Shown here piece after piece: positions 31,483-41,218 of a stretch of 64,000 nt of DNA; within the stretch, counting starts at the first letter, position 1; each line of letters opens with the position of its first letter. This DNA comes from Candidatus Latescibacterota bacterium (GTDB lineage: Bacteria > Latescibacterota > UBA2968 > UBA8231): NCBI GenBank assembly GCA_965223905.1, contig CBDCXV010000001.1, positions 832,001-896,000 of the forward strand, in the 5' to 3' direction. The translations under genes and the position numbers were made by a program. The notes under the pieces were generated by a model that did not search any database, had not been told where the DNA came from, and worked only from the letters and a program-made list of their open reading frames with translations.

Positions 31483-33251
31483 CCCTCGACCTCAGCCTCG
31501 ACTTCGCCCTCACGGAGGATTTCGTCCGGTGGTACTGCGCGGTAATCGGCGCATTCTGGCTTCTTTCTGTCGGGTGGCTGTTCCGCCAAGTTGGTCCCCT
31601 GTGGCTCAAGTTACGCAGGATGAGTAGAGACCTGAAGGATCTGCATGGAGAGGAAGGATTCACTAGCGGATTCGAAGACTACGATCGCAAGGTCAAAGAG
31701 ATCCTTGGCCTGCCGTGGACGGAATTCGTGGAGACTTTGATTCTACCTGAATCTGAGTCTGATGATCCGATTCGCAACACCAGTGAGGTTTCTCGGTACC
31801 TGAACGACGCCACCATCGTTTCTCCCAAGATTTCTTCAGGTTTCTACCAAGCTGTACCAAATCTGCTGACCGGCGTCGGCATCCTCGGTACGTTCCTCGG
31901 TCTGGCCGCCGGGGTCGGTGCGGCAAGTTCCGGTCTTTCTTCCAGCAAACCCGCTGAGATCACCGGGGCTCTACAGCAGCTTCTGGGTGGGGCATCCTTG
32001 GCGTTCTGGACGTCCATTGCCGGCATCTCCGCATCCATCTTGTTCGTGTTAGTCGAACGCATTTCCTCGCGACGTCTCCACGTTGAACTCGACAAGTGGG
32101 TCGGAGCCATCGAATCCCGGCTCGAGCGCGTCACGTCGGAAGGCGTTGCTCTAAAACAACTCGACCAAGCGCAACGCGCGACGACGCAACTCGAACGATT
32201 CAACTCCGAGTTGATATTCTCTCTTGAACAGGCGCTCGAGGAGAAGATCGCGGGCCGTCTGTCCCCGCAACTCGAGCGGCTCCTGGAAGCGGTCGAAGGA
32301 CTACGCGAGGATCGGGCAACCGACAGCGGTCAGATGATCGAACAGGCGCTTGTCCGGTTCACCGATGCGCTTCAGGAAAGGACCGGCTCGCAGTTCGAGG
32401 ATATGGCGGCAACCGTCGACGACCTGAATCGCACCCTCAAGGAATCCGCCGACGCCCAGGCGCAAACGCAGTGCGATGTCCGCGGCGCGCTCGCTTCGGT
32501 CCTGAATGCAGTCAAGACTGCAATGGATACCGGCGCCACGGCCATGACCGAGACGTTGCAACAGTCGCTAGGCGAGGTAACCGGTGTTCTCGCCAGCGCG
32601 TCGGAACAACTGGCGAATCGGCTTACCGCTTCCACCAATGCCGCCGCGGACGAACTCAGGAGCACGCTCGGTTCCGCCAGCCAGGAGCTGGCCAGGACAG
32701 GCACTGAAGCCGCATCGAAGATCACTGGTTCGTTACAGGGCCTGCTGACCGCGGCCACGAGTCTCGAAAAAGCTTCGACGCAGAGCGGGGAATTGCTGTC
32801 CGGCATGAATCAATTCGTCGAGAAGCTCAATGCATTGCGCGGAACCATCGAGTCGACGCACCAGGAAATAGTAAAAGTCACGGAACCTGTCGGAAGTGCG
32901 GCCCGCGACATGCGTGAGTCCAGTGAAATGAGCGCGAACGCACTGGCAAAGACGAGCGATCTCGTCGGTCGTGTCGAGACTTCGGTCAACGCACTGGAAC
33001 GGCATCAGCAGGAGGTCGCAACTGCCTGGACCGAATACCAGAAACGCTTCGAGGGCATCGACACCTCACTCGCCGAGGTGTTCCGGCAGTTCGAAGAAGG
33101 CTTGTCGAGGTATTGCGTACAGGTGAAGGAGTTCGCCAACGAGCTGGACAAGACGACTTCGAATACAGTCCAACAGCTTGCGAGCGCAACCGCCGAACTC
33201 AGCGGGGCGATCGAGGACCTGATCCCGCGTCTTCCGGGATCGCCGCAATGA
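31479..33251 (+). CDS. zorA: Zorya anti-phage protein ZorA (MotA-like membrane domain + long helical tail)
   Basis: Three TM segments including VPNLLTGVGILGTFLGL and LLGGASLAFWTSIAGI, then about 400 aa of Ala/Ser/Thr/Leu-rich coiled coil. Followed by zorB/C/D homologues. Confidence 0.92.
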   Translation: MTLDLSLDFALTEDFVRWYCAVIGAFWLLSVGWLFRQVGPLWLKLRRMSRDLKDLHGEEGFTSGFEDYDRKVKEILGLPWTEFVETLILPESESDDPIRNTSEVSRYLNDATIVSPKISSGFYQAVPNLLTGVGILGTFLGLAAGVGAASSGLSSSKPAEITGALQQLLGGASLAFWTSIAGISASILFVLVERISSRRLHVELDKWVGAIESRLERVTSEGVALKQLDQAQRATTQLERFNSELIFSLEQALEEKIAGRLSPQLERLLEAVEGLREDRATDSGQMIEQALVRFTDALQERTGSQFEDMAATVDDLNRTLKESADAQAQTQCDVRGALASVLNAVKTAMDTGATAMTETLQQSLGEVTGVLASASEQLANRLTASTNAAADELRSTLGSASQELARTGTEAASKITGSLQGLLTAATSLEKASTQSGELLSGMNQFVEKLNALRGTIESTHQEIVKVTEPVGSAARDMRESSEMSANALAKTSDLVGRVETSVNALERHQQEVATAWTEYQKRFEGIDTSLAEVFRQFEEGLSRYCVQVKEFANELDKTTSNTVQQLASATAELSGAIEDLIPRLPGSPQ

Positions 33252-34102
33252 TCAGCGAATCGAGGCCGAACCCGGCCGAGGGCCAGGGTGGGCACAACTA
33301 CCTTGCCAGCGTCAGCGACCTTGTATCGGCCCTCATTTTCGTCTTCATCATCATGCTGGCCGTGTTCGCGTATCAACTCGCTAACGTCACCAGGAAACAA
33401 GAAGAGAGAGTGGAAGATCTGGAAGCCGAAGAAAAGACGCGCACTCGCATGCTACGGGACATCAAGAGCCGGCTCGAGAAAGCGGGCATGCGGGTCGAAG
33501 TGCTGGCCGACCAGGGTGTCCTGCGGCTGTCGGACAATGCCATCAACTTTCCGTCAGGTAGTGAAACTCCAGTTCTCGAGCATCACGTAAACGTCGGACG
33601 CCTCGCCCAAGCCATCGCCGAGGTCGTACCATGCTACGTCTCCCCTGGAGGGGCTGTCTCCACGTTGCATAATGGCGGTGAGGCGGTGTCTTACTGTCAG
33701 TCCCCTGCCGACCCCTCAACGTACGACTGCAGGGACCAGGAGTATCCATGGCTTCTCGAGACCTTGCTGATTGAGGGGCATACCGACGACGTGCCGGTCG
33801 CGGCGGGCAATCGCTTCCGAGACAACCTCGAGCTTTCGTCGATGCGGGCGGCGACCGTGCACCGTATGATCGTCGCGTGTGAGCCAGGTGTGGAACGCCT
33901 TCTGAGCACCGAAGACTACCCCGTTCTAAGCACCAGCGGATACGGGTATACCCGGCCAGCAACCCGTGACCCCGGGCGTACCGGCGAGAACCGGCGCATT
34001 GATCTGCGATTCTTGCTCGAGCCTCCCGAGGGGGCGCTGCACCAGAACGAACCGGATGTCCAGACCGATGTCCGCGAACGGTACGGAGAGGGGACGCCAT
34101 GA
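33248..34102 (+). CDS. zorB: Zorya protein ZorB (MotB/OmpA-like)
   Basis: TM ASVSDLVSALIFVFIIML with the conserved Asp, IEGHTD, NLELSSMRA, ENRRIDLRF. ATGA overlap with zorA. Confidence 0.92.
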   Translation: MISESRPNPAEGQGGHNYLASVSDLVSALIFVFIIMLAVFAYQLANVTRKQEERVEDLEAEEKTRTRMLRDIKSRLEKAGMRVEVLADQGVLRLSDNAINFPSGSETPVLEHHVNVGRLAQAIAEVVPCYVSPGGAVSTLHNGGEAVSYCQSPADPSTYDCRDQEYPWLLETLLIEGHTDDVPVAAGNRFRDNLELSSMRAATVHRMIVACEPGVERLLSTEDYPVLSTSGYGYTRPATRDPGRTGENRRIDLRFLLEPPEGALHQNEPDVQTDVRERYGEGTP

Positions 34103-35604
34103 AGGCTCCTTCCCTGAAGGATTCCCTGGAGCGCTGGACGGGTTTTCCGAAGCTTGAGCGCTCGTTCGAGCCGCAGAGAACGCGGAAAGCAGCCGCGGTG
34201 GTGGAGAAGAACCTTGGCGACGTCCAGCCGAAAAAACCATCGCTCTACGACCTGCAGACTCTGCATCGCCGAGTCGCGGAAACATGGCGTCGCGATCGCG
34301 CGCTCTCACAGCTCGCGCCACGCGACCTGCGTCGACTGCCGTGGGTGCTGTTCTACCCGGCGCAAGCCGACCGACGGGATTGGCTGGGGCGAAACCCGCC
34401 CCTCGTGCAGGAATACGGTCGCTGGCTGTCCGCTGGTCGCCGAACGCGGTCGGTGCTGGCGCTGCTCCACGAGTTCCTGCGTGTTTACCCCGTCAATCTG
34501 CCGACATTCGAAGATCTGCGCCGGCTGCTGCGGAAAACCTTAGAAGACAGTTCCTCTCCGCCTCCGTCTCTGCAAAAATGGCAGCCACGGTGCCTGGATT
34601 TGGGGTTCCTCCGAAAGGACGGCGACCTGTCGTTGGTGGGGAAGCTGGTTTCAGCCACTGATGTCGTTGACGACTTCTTGGTCCAAGCTGGGCTTGAAGC
34701 CGGACTCGCAAGGTGTGGGTTTCTAAAGTCAGGTATACGCAAGTACCTCCCGAACGTCAGCACCCGGCTGACGCGGGACAGCATCGACGACACGCAGCTC
34801 GCACGAGTGCTCACGCTTTTCGAATGCGAGGGCAAACTGCGTTTCCAGTCAGTTCGTGTAGAGATCGCGTCTGCACTTCTCAGTCCCTTCATGGATACAC
34901 CTCCGCCCACAGATACGAAGGAACAGCTACAATCGTTTTTCCTGCGCCATTTTGGCGACCCTCGGCTGCCTTCAGGGAAGCACCGATGGTATGGTGTCGG
35001 CGAGGAGGTTCGGCATGTAGTCACGAGATGGCTTGTGAAGGAGACGCTTGATGAGTTCATCCGGCTGATCAAGGAAACAGCCCTCGACCAACATTGGCGA
35101 TACCGAGAAAAATTCTGGATGGCTTGCTTCCACCAGGACATGATTGAGGATGCATGGTTCGTCCTGGGTTCGCGGGCACGGATACTGTTGAGGCAGCTGG
35201 AGGAGCACAATCCAATGGAAACGGGAAGACTTCGCGGCGCATCATCCGAACAGTCAGTATTGCTCTTGCGTATGTCTGGAGTGACCGTCGCCGAGTGGAG
35301 CCATAACGGTAGCTGCCGGTTCTGGCTCGATGGCAATCGGGACGCGCCCAAGTTATACCAGGGAAGGGTCTATTCCGGCGATGAGTTGAGACGCGGATCG
35401 GATTTTTCCCAACGGCACGGGGGCAGCGACCGGGGCGAATGGCAAAACCAGATCGCGCAATGGCTGCGGGAAAACACGGGCGTGTCAATAGCTCGTGCCA
35501 AGTACATGCCGGACGACCTATCTGGTAACATCCATAGGAGACAAAATGTCAGGCGACATCGCGTTCGAAAGATCGTCAGACGGCCTGATCGTCCGGGTCG
35601 GTAG
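34099..35604 (+). CDS. zorC: Zorya protein ZorC (EH-signature domain)
   Basis: FGDPRL...W, R..FW, VAEWSHNGSCRFW, H...WQ. Located between zorB and zorD. Confidence 0.9.
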   Translation: MKAPSLKDSLERWTGFPKLERSFEPQRTRKAAAVVEKNLGDVQPKKPSLYDLQTLHRRVAETWRRDRALSQLAPRDLRRLPWVLFYPAQADRRDWLGRNPPLVQEYGRWLSAGRRTRSVLALLHEFLRVYPVNLPTFEDLRRLLRKTLEDSSSPPPSLQKWQPRCLDLGFLRKDGDLSLVGKLVSATDVVDDFLVQAGLEAGLARCGFLKSGIRKYLPNVSTRLTRDSIDDTQLARVLTLFECEGKLRFQSVRVEIASALLSPFMDTPPPTDTKEQLQSFFLRHFGDPRLPSGKHRWYGVGEEVRHVVTRWLVKETLDEFIRLIKETALDQHWRYREKFWMACFHQDMIEDAWFVLGSRARILLRQLEEHNPMETGRLRGASSEQSVLLLRMSGVTVAEWSHNGSCRFWLDGNRDAPKLYQGRVYSGDELRRGSDFSQRHGGSDRGEWQNQIAQWLRENTGVSIARAKYMPDDLSGNIHRRQNVRRHRVRKIVRRPDRPGR

Positions 35605-38600
35605 AGATCACACGCTCCCCGTACATGAGTGGACATCGCGTGGATCGCCCGGAGCTGGTGCGCTGATTCGATTGCGTGACGACGGCGGCGCGGTCGAGCG
35701 CGAAAACGGTAGTGCGCTGTGGGTTTCCTGGAAAAGCGTCGCCGAACTGACGTCCGACGAACTGCGGTACACAGGTTTTCCCGATGCCGCTCCCTTTGCG
35801 CTTGAGGTTGTTGCGACCGGCGCCATTCACGACTCCGATTTCGAAATTCGCTGCGGCTACATCCGGGATGGCCGGCGCGTCCTCGGCGTTCAGCGAGAGG
35901 GCGCGTGGCTGCACGCCGGCGGCGAAGATTTTGTGCTGCTCGATCCCCTGTACTCTGTCGCCGAAGCCATTGACCAATTCAACCAGCCGGAAAAAAAAGA
36001 TCTTGAATCGAAGATGCTCCGCTGGGGACGGATTGCGGAGATGCTGCCTGCCGACGCCGTTGTCGGCGACGACAACTTGCGTTCACTAAGAATCTTCGTG
36101 GCGTCCAGCTTCGAGCTCGAACCGTTTGTCAACGACGTCGGAGAACCGGATTTCGATCCGGTCGTTGGCAGGCGGGAGACTCGTATCACCGAGGCCGGTG
36201 AAGAGGATCAGGTGTTTGTCCGCGCCTTGCCGCTCGCCCGGCAGAGAGAGTTTGCCAGACGTTTCCGCGGCCTGTCACGCGTGCAGCATCGGTACTTGGC
36301 CGGGGGCGGGAGCTACGTCGTGCTGACGCCGGAGATCGAACGGGCTCTCGGCGTGGTGCGGCGTGCCCAAGACGGGTGTCCTGACGAGCGCCGCGACTTC
36401 TTGCGGAACGTCTCAGGATACTTGCGAGGAGCGTTCGATGACGGCGACGGCGATGAGGTCGACCTCGACAGCATCTTCAGCGACGAAGGCTTGAGCGAGC
36501 GGGTCAGGGGCATCGGCATCTGGGTCGACAAGGTGCTCCCCTGGATCAAGCTGGCGAAAGAACCGTGGCTGCCGCCGGAGGAATTCGGGATTCTCATCGA
36601 TGGACGGCGCGTTGTCATCCAACCTGAAGAAATAGAAAGGGTGCACGATCAAGTCAGGGAGGCGATGGAGCGGGGCGAGTCGAACGTTCAGGTCAGGATC
36701 GGTAACGAGCCCATCGAAATCCCTGTGGACCCGAACACCGTCAGCGCCCTTGAGGGATTGGTCTCTCGGGTACCCCAGAAGCCGAAACCCCATCCGAAGA
36801 CCAAGCAAACAGACGGCGATGAACCGGTCGCACCCGAAGATCCAGATCAGGTCTTGGAGGTCATCGACAACTTGGATGAAATCCAATTCCGTCGCGAACG
36901 CAGGCCATGCAGGCCCGGCATTTCGGAGGCCGTCCCCGCTTTACAGACCAAACTTCTGCCGCATCAACAGAAAGGCCTCGCGTGGCTGCAACGTCACTGG
37001 GAGGCCGGTAACTGGGGCGCCCTGCTCGCCGACGATATGGGCCTCGGGAAAACGCTCGAAGCATTGGCCTTTCTCTCATGTCTAGTGCAACACTCCGAAA
37101 CCGAGGGTCTGCCACAACTACCTGTCCTGGTCGTCGCTCCCACCGGTCTGCTCCGGAACTGGAAGGACGAACACGACAAACACCTGTCCGGTGCCGGACT
37201 CGGCCGCGTCGTCGAAGCGCATGGCAGTGCCTTGCGGGATCTCAGAAAAGGACCCTCCGGCGGCAGCGGCGAGCTCGCCCGCGGACAACCGTTCCTGGAC
37301 CTCCAGCCCCTGAAGACCGCCGACTGGGTGCTCACCACTTATGAAACCCTTCGTGACTATCAGCACAGCTTCGGCCGAGTCCGCTGGCGCGCAGGCATCT
37401 TCGACGAAGCCCAGAAGATCAAGAATCCTGGCGCCCGCGTAACCGATGCCGCACTCGCCATGAACATCGATTTCGCTCTGCTGATGACCGGCACCCCGGT
37501 GGAAAATCGCCCGGCGGATATCTGGTCTATGCTCGATCGGGCAGAACCGGGGATGTTCGGGACACTGAAGGATTTCAGCCAGCGGTACGAAGCGACAGGC
37601 CCTGACGGTGATGCGGCGCTTTCCGAGTTACACGGTTCGCTGACGCAACAGGCGGACGAAACCGCCCCGGCGCTGATGCTACGGCGGCTCAAGGAGGACC
37701 ATGTCCCGGAACTGCCCGAAAAGAAAGTGCACCATCGCGTCGTGGAGATGCCGCCGCTCCAGGCCGAGGCGTACGAACAGATCGTGCGGAACGGCGGTGA
37801 CGGCAACATGCTTCAGACGCTTCATCGCCTTCGAAGCATCTCGCTGCACCCCGAGGCTCCGGGCGACCTCGACCTCGAGAAGTACATCCAAGCGTCGGGG
37901 CGGCTTTCCGAGACGTTCCGGATTCTGGATGAAATTGAAGACCGCGAACAGAAAGCCCTGCTCTTCGTCGAGGCGCGCTGGATGCAGGACTTCTTGGTGG
38001 GAGCGCTGAGACGCCGTTTTTCATTATCCGAAGACGTACTGGTCATCAACGGGACGGTGGCAGGCAGGGTCCGCAAAGCCCGCGTCGACACGTTCCAAGA
38101 CCGGGCCGGGTTCGACGTAATGATTCTGTCGCCGCGCGCCGGCGGCGTCGGACTGACGCTGACGGCAGCAAACCATGTCATTCACCTCTCGCGCTGGTGG
38201 AACCCGGCGGTCGAGGATCAGTGTACCGACAGGGTCTTTCGTATCGGCCAGTGGCGGACGGTGCACGTATACCTTCCCATCGCCCGGCATCCGAGCTTCG
38301 GAGACTACAGTTTCGACATCAAGCTCGATAGCCTGATGGAAGGAAAACGGGAGATGAACCGCCGCGTCCTTGCGCCGACCGCCGCGACGAAAGAGGACGT
38401 GGGTGATCTCTATCGAACCACCATGACGGAAGCGCGAAATAGCGCCTCGGGACCGCCCCAGCCAGTGGACCAGACCAACATTGATCAACTGGAGCCTGAA
38501 GCCTTCGAAGAGTGGGTGCTGGGACAGCTTCAAGCGGCTGGTTATGACACGAGACGCACCCCTCCGAGTGGCGATTGTGGAGCTGACGGGCTGGCGGTTT

Positions 38601-38863
38601 CCCGTGCTGGCGGGGATCAGCACACCATCGTGGTTCAGTGCAAACACACCCAGCAGCAGGACGCCAAGTGCGGCCGGACCGCCGTCGAGGAAGTGCTGCG
38701 ATCAATTTCCGCGTACGAGGACGCGATTGTTGGCGAGCCGCGGCCAATGGTCGTGACGAATGCGGCCGGCTTCACCAACGATGCCATGCTCTTGGCAAAA
38801 CGGGAGGGTGTGCGGTTGATCGCACGCGGCCGCCTGCCGCAACTTCGAACTGTGATTGAATAA
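35546..38863 (+). CDS. zorD: Zorya protein ZorD (SNF2 ATPase with C-terminal Mrr-like nuclease)
   Basis: LLADDMGLGKT, DEAQ, TGTPVEN, WWNPAVEDQCTDRVFRIGQ, and C-terminal FEEWV...GY...SGDCGADG...VVQCK. AGGAG before ATG at 35546. Confidence 0.93.
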   Translation: MSGDIAFERSSDGLIVRVGRDHTLPVHEWTSRGSPGAGALIRLRDDGGAVERENGSALWVSWKSVAELTSDELRYTGFPDAAPFALEVVATGAIHDSDFEIRCGYIRDGRRVLGVQREGAWLHAGGEDFVLLDPLYSVAEAIDQFNQPEKKDLESKMLRWGRIAEMLPADAVVGDDNLRSLRIFVASSFELEPFVNDVGEPDFDPVVGRRETRITEAGEEDQVFVRALPLARQREFARRFRGLSRVQHRYLAGGGSYVVLTPEIERALGVVRRAQDGCPDERRDFLRNVSGYLRGAFDDGDGDEVDLDSIFSDEGLSERVRGIGIWVDKVLPWIKLAKEPWLPPEEFGILIDGRRVVIQPEEIERVHDQVREAMERGESNVQVRIGNEPIEIPVDPNTVSALEGLVSRVPQKPKPHPKTKQTDGDEPVAPEDPDQVLEVIDNLDEIQFRRERRPCRPGISEAVPALQTKLLPHQQKGLAWLQRHWEAGNWGALLADDMGLGKTLEALAFLSCLVQHSETEGLPQLPVLVVAPTGLLRNWKDEHDKHLSGAGLGRVVEAHGSALRDLRKGPSGGSGELARGQPFLDLQPLKTADWVLTTYETLRDYQHSFGRVRWRAGIFDEAQKIKNPGARVTDAALAMNIDFALLMTGTPVENRPADIWSMLDRAEPGMFGTLKDFSQRYEATGPDGDAALSELHGSLTQQADETAPALMLRRLKEDHVPELPEKKVHHRVVEMPPLQAEAYEQIVRNGGDGNMLQTLHRLRSISLHPEAPGDLDLEKYIQASGRLSETFRILDEIEDREQKALLFVEARWMQDFLVGALRRRFSLSEDVLVINGTVAGRVRKARVDTFQDRAGFDVMILSPRAGGVGLTLTAANHVIHLSRWWNPAVEDQCTDRVFRIGQWRTVHVYLPIARHPSFGDYSFDIKLDSLMEGKREMNRRVLAPTAATKEDVGDLYRTTMTEARNSASGPPQPVDQTNIDQLEPEAFEEWVLGQLQAAGYDTRRTPPSGDCGADGLAVSRAGGDQHTIVVQCKHTQQQDAKCGRTAVEEVLRSISAYEDAIVGEPRPMVVTNAAGFTNDAMLLAKREGVRLIARGRLPQLRTVIE

Positions 38864-38890
38864 CACCCAGGTTCGTTTTCTGCCATACAG

Positions 38891-40402
38891 ATGTCCGAAT
38901 CCCCCAACCTCCTCTACATCCACTCCGATCAGCACAGTCCGTTCGTCGCCGGCTGCTGCGGCGACACGCTGGTGCGGACGCCCCATCTCGATGCTCTGGC
39001 TGCGGAGGGGGTCCTGCTCGAAAACGCGTACTGCCCCTCGCCGATCTGCGTGCCGTCGCGGATGTCGATGCTCAGCGGCCGGCACCCGTTCGAAAACCGC
39101 GTCTGGACCAACAGCCACATCCTCAGCTCGGCGATACCGACGCTCGCCCACGCCATGGGAGCGGCGGGGTACCGGCCGGTGCTGATCGGGCGCATGCATG
39201 CGCTGGGGCCGGATCAGCTTCACGGCTACGCCGAGCGTCTCGTGGGAGACCACGGCTCAAACCACCTCGGAGGCGACGGCGGCACCGACCGCGGCGACCT
39301 CCAGGGCTGCGCCGGCCCGGCGCGCGTCAGTCTGACCAACTCGGGACCGGGCCAGAGCTCCTACCAAGTTCACGACGAGGACGTCACCGCGGCGGCGGTC
39401 GACTACCTGAACCGCATCGGAGTGAAGAGGCGTTCCGGAGTGGACCGCTCCCCTTTTTCGATATCGGTCGGGTTCATGCTGCCGCACCAGCCGTTCGTGG
39501 CGCGCCGCGAGGATTACGAGCTGTACGAAGGGCGGATGACGATGCCGCGCACACCCGAGCCGTTCCGCGACGATCTGCACCCGCACATCGCCCGCTGGCG
39601 GCAGGCTACCGGCACCGTCGAGGTTCCCGACGAGGAGGTACTCCGAGCCCGCACGGCGTACTGGGGGCTGGTGACGCGGATGGACGCGATGATCGGCGAG
39701 ATCCTCGAGGCACTGCGCCGCAACGACCTGGCCGGCAACACCCTGATCCTCTACACCTCCGACCACGGCGAGCAGGTCGGCGAGCACGGCCTGTGGTGGA
39801 AACAGACGTTCTACGAGGACTCGGTGAAGGTCCCGGCCATACTGTCCTGGCCCGGAGGCCTGCCGCAGGGAGGGCGCTGCGACCGCGTCGTCAGCTCGCT
39901 CGGACCTAAACGGGACCATGCTCGAGGCCCTCGGGGCCCCGCCGCTACCCCATTCCAGGGGACGCAGCATGCTGGCGCTGCTGCGCGACCCCGAGGCTCC
40001 CTGGGAAGACGTCGCCTACTCGGAGTTCTGCCTCGACGGCGCCGGGTCCGGGGGTCCGTTTGCCGGGCACGGGGTGTTCCAGCGCATGATCCGCCGGGGG
40101 GAATGGAAGCTCAACTACTACCACGGCATGCCCTGCCAGCTGTTCAACCTGCGCGACGACCCGCGCGAAATGCAAGCCCCCAAGGAATCGAGGACCGCGC
40201 CGCCGATCCCGGGTGCGGGGAGATCCGCGACGAGTTGCTCAACCGGGTGCTCCTGGACTGGGACCCGGAGTGGGTTATGGCCCGCATGGCGGCGCTGCGG
40301 GAAGACCAGAAGATCCTCGGGGCCTGGGCGAGGCAAGTGAAGCCGCCGGACCGCTACCGGTGGCCCCTGCTCAGCGGCATGGATTACCTCGATGAGGACT
40401 GA
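38891..40402 (+). CDS. Formylglycine-dependent sulfatase (choline-sulfatase-like), with an internal segment displaced by two compensating frameshifts
   Basis: PNLLYIHSDQH, CVPSR (CxPxR), YTSDHGE, KQTFYEDSVKVP. The sulfatase-like segment (WKLNYY..QLFNLRDDP.E) lies in the alternative frame at about 39903-40190. Confidence 0.85.
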   Translation: MSESPNLLYIHSDQHSPFVAGCCGDTLVRTPHLDALAAEGVLLENAYCPSPICVPSRMSMLSGRHPFENRVWTNSHILSSAIPTLAHAMGAAGYRPVLIGRMHALGPDQLHGYAERLVGDHGSNHLGGDGGTDRGDLQGCAGPARVSLTNSGPGQSSYQVHDEDVTAAAVDYLNRIGVKRRSGVDRSPFSISVGFMLPHQPFVARREDYELYEGRMTMPRTPEPFRDDLHPHIARWRQATGTVEVPDEEVLRARTAYWGLVTRMDAMIGEILEALRRNDLAGNTLILYTSDHGEQVGEHGLWWKQTFYEDSVKVPAILSWPGGLPQGGRCDRVVSSLGPKRDHARGPRGPAATPFQGTQHAGAAARPRGSLGRRRLLGVLPRRRRVRGSVCRARGVPAHDPPGGMEAQLLPRHALPAVQPARRPARNASPQGIEDRAADPGCGEIRDELLNRVLLDWDPEWVMARMAALREDQKILGAWARQVKPPDRYRWPLLSGMDYLDED

Positions 40403-40557
40403 CCTCTCTTATGACCTGGGAGGAGTTCAGGAGCCGTCCGTGCGATTATTGCGCTTTACCGTAGCAGAAACCGCCTGACCACAGTCAGTTTGCTCTGATA
40501 TGCTCATTGCCGGCAGGTATCGCCATGCCTTTCGGCCGAACCCGTGGAGACACTCAC

Positions 40558-41211
40558 ATGGCACTCGAGGTGTACGACTTCCGCAACGACGAGCACATCT
40601 GCCAGATGCTGGTGCGTCCCGAGATCCGCTGCCGCTTCATGAGGGCGGAGCCCGGCACCGTGCAGACGGTGCAGCACAGCCACGACCTGGGCCACGAGAT
40701 ATTCCTGATCCTGCAGGGGCGCTGCGAGTTCCAGGTCTCCGGCGACACCGCGGTGCTGGGGCCGGGGCAGCTGTGCCTTGCCCTGGCGGACGAACCGCAC
40801 AAGATCCGCGTCGTCGGCGACGAGCCGGTGATCATGTACCTGTCGGTGACGCCCCATATCCAGCCGACACATACCGGACGCAACGACGACGGCACCCGGC
40901 ACCCGCTGAGGTTTGTGCCCAGCAGCTCGTACGGCGTCGAAACCGACACCGCCACGCCTGCCGCAGAGCTGGTCGACCGCTTCGTCGCCGCCTCGGCAGA
41001 CTACGCGCGAACCGTGCGCGCCGCCGCGGACAGACAGTCCGAGGTGGCAGCCGGGCTGAAGGCCGCCCTGGCTGCCGGCGACTTCGACAAAGTCGAGGAG
41101 CTTCGCAACCAGCTGTGGGAAGGGGTGTACCGGGGATTCAAGGAGATCCACGCGCTCGGCGACCTGTGGAACACGGTGGCCCCGCGCATCAGCCGCTTCG
41201 ACGGGGAGTGA
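40558..41211 (+). CDS. Cupin domain protein with helical C-terminal extension
   Basis: HSHDLGHEIFLILQG...LGPGQ......EPH metal-binding cupin motifs. GGAG RBS before ATG at 40558. Confidence 0.8.
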   Translation: MALEVYDFRNDEHICQMLVRPEIRCRFMRAEPGTVQTVQHSHDLGHEIFLILQGRCEFQVSGDTAVLGPGQLCLALADEPHKIRVVGDEPVIMYLSVTPHIQPTHTGRNDDGTRHPLRFVPSSSYGVETDTATPAAELVDRFVAASADYARTVRAAADRQSEVAAGLKAALAAGDFDKVEELRNQLWEGVYRGFKEIHALGDLWNTVAPRISRFDGE

Positions 41212-41218
41212 GGGGGAC

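Noticed and set aside
31479-34102. zorA/zorB read as flagellar motA/motB or a chemotaxis protein
   Set aside because: The long ZorA tail and the adjacent EH-signature and SNF2-Mrr genes identify Zorya. No flagellar genes are nearby.
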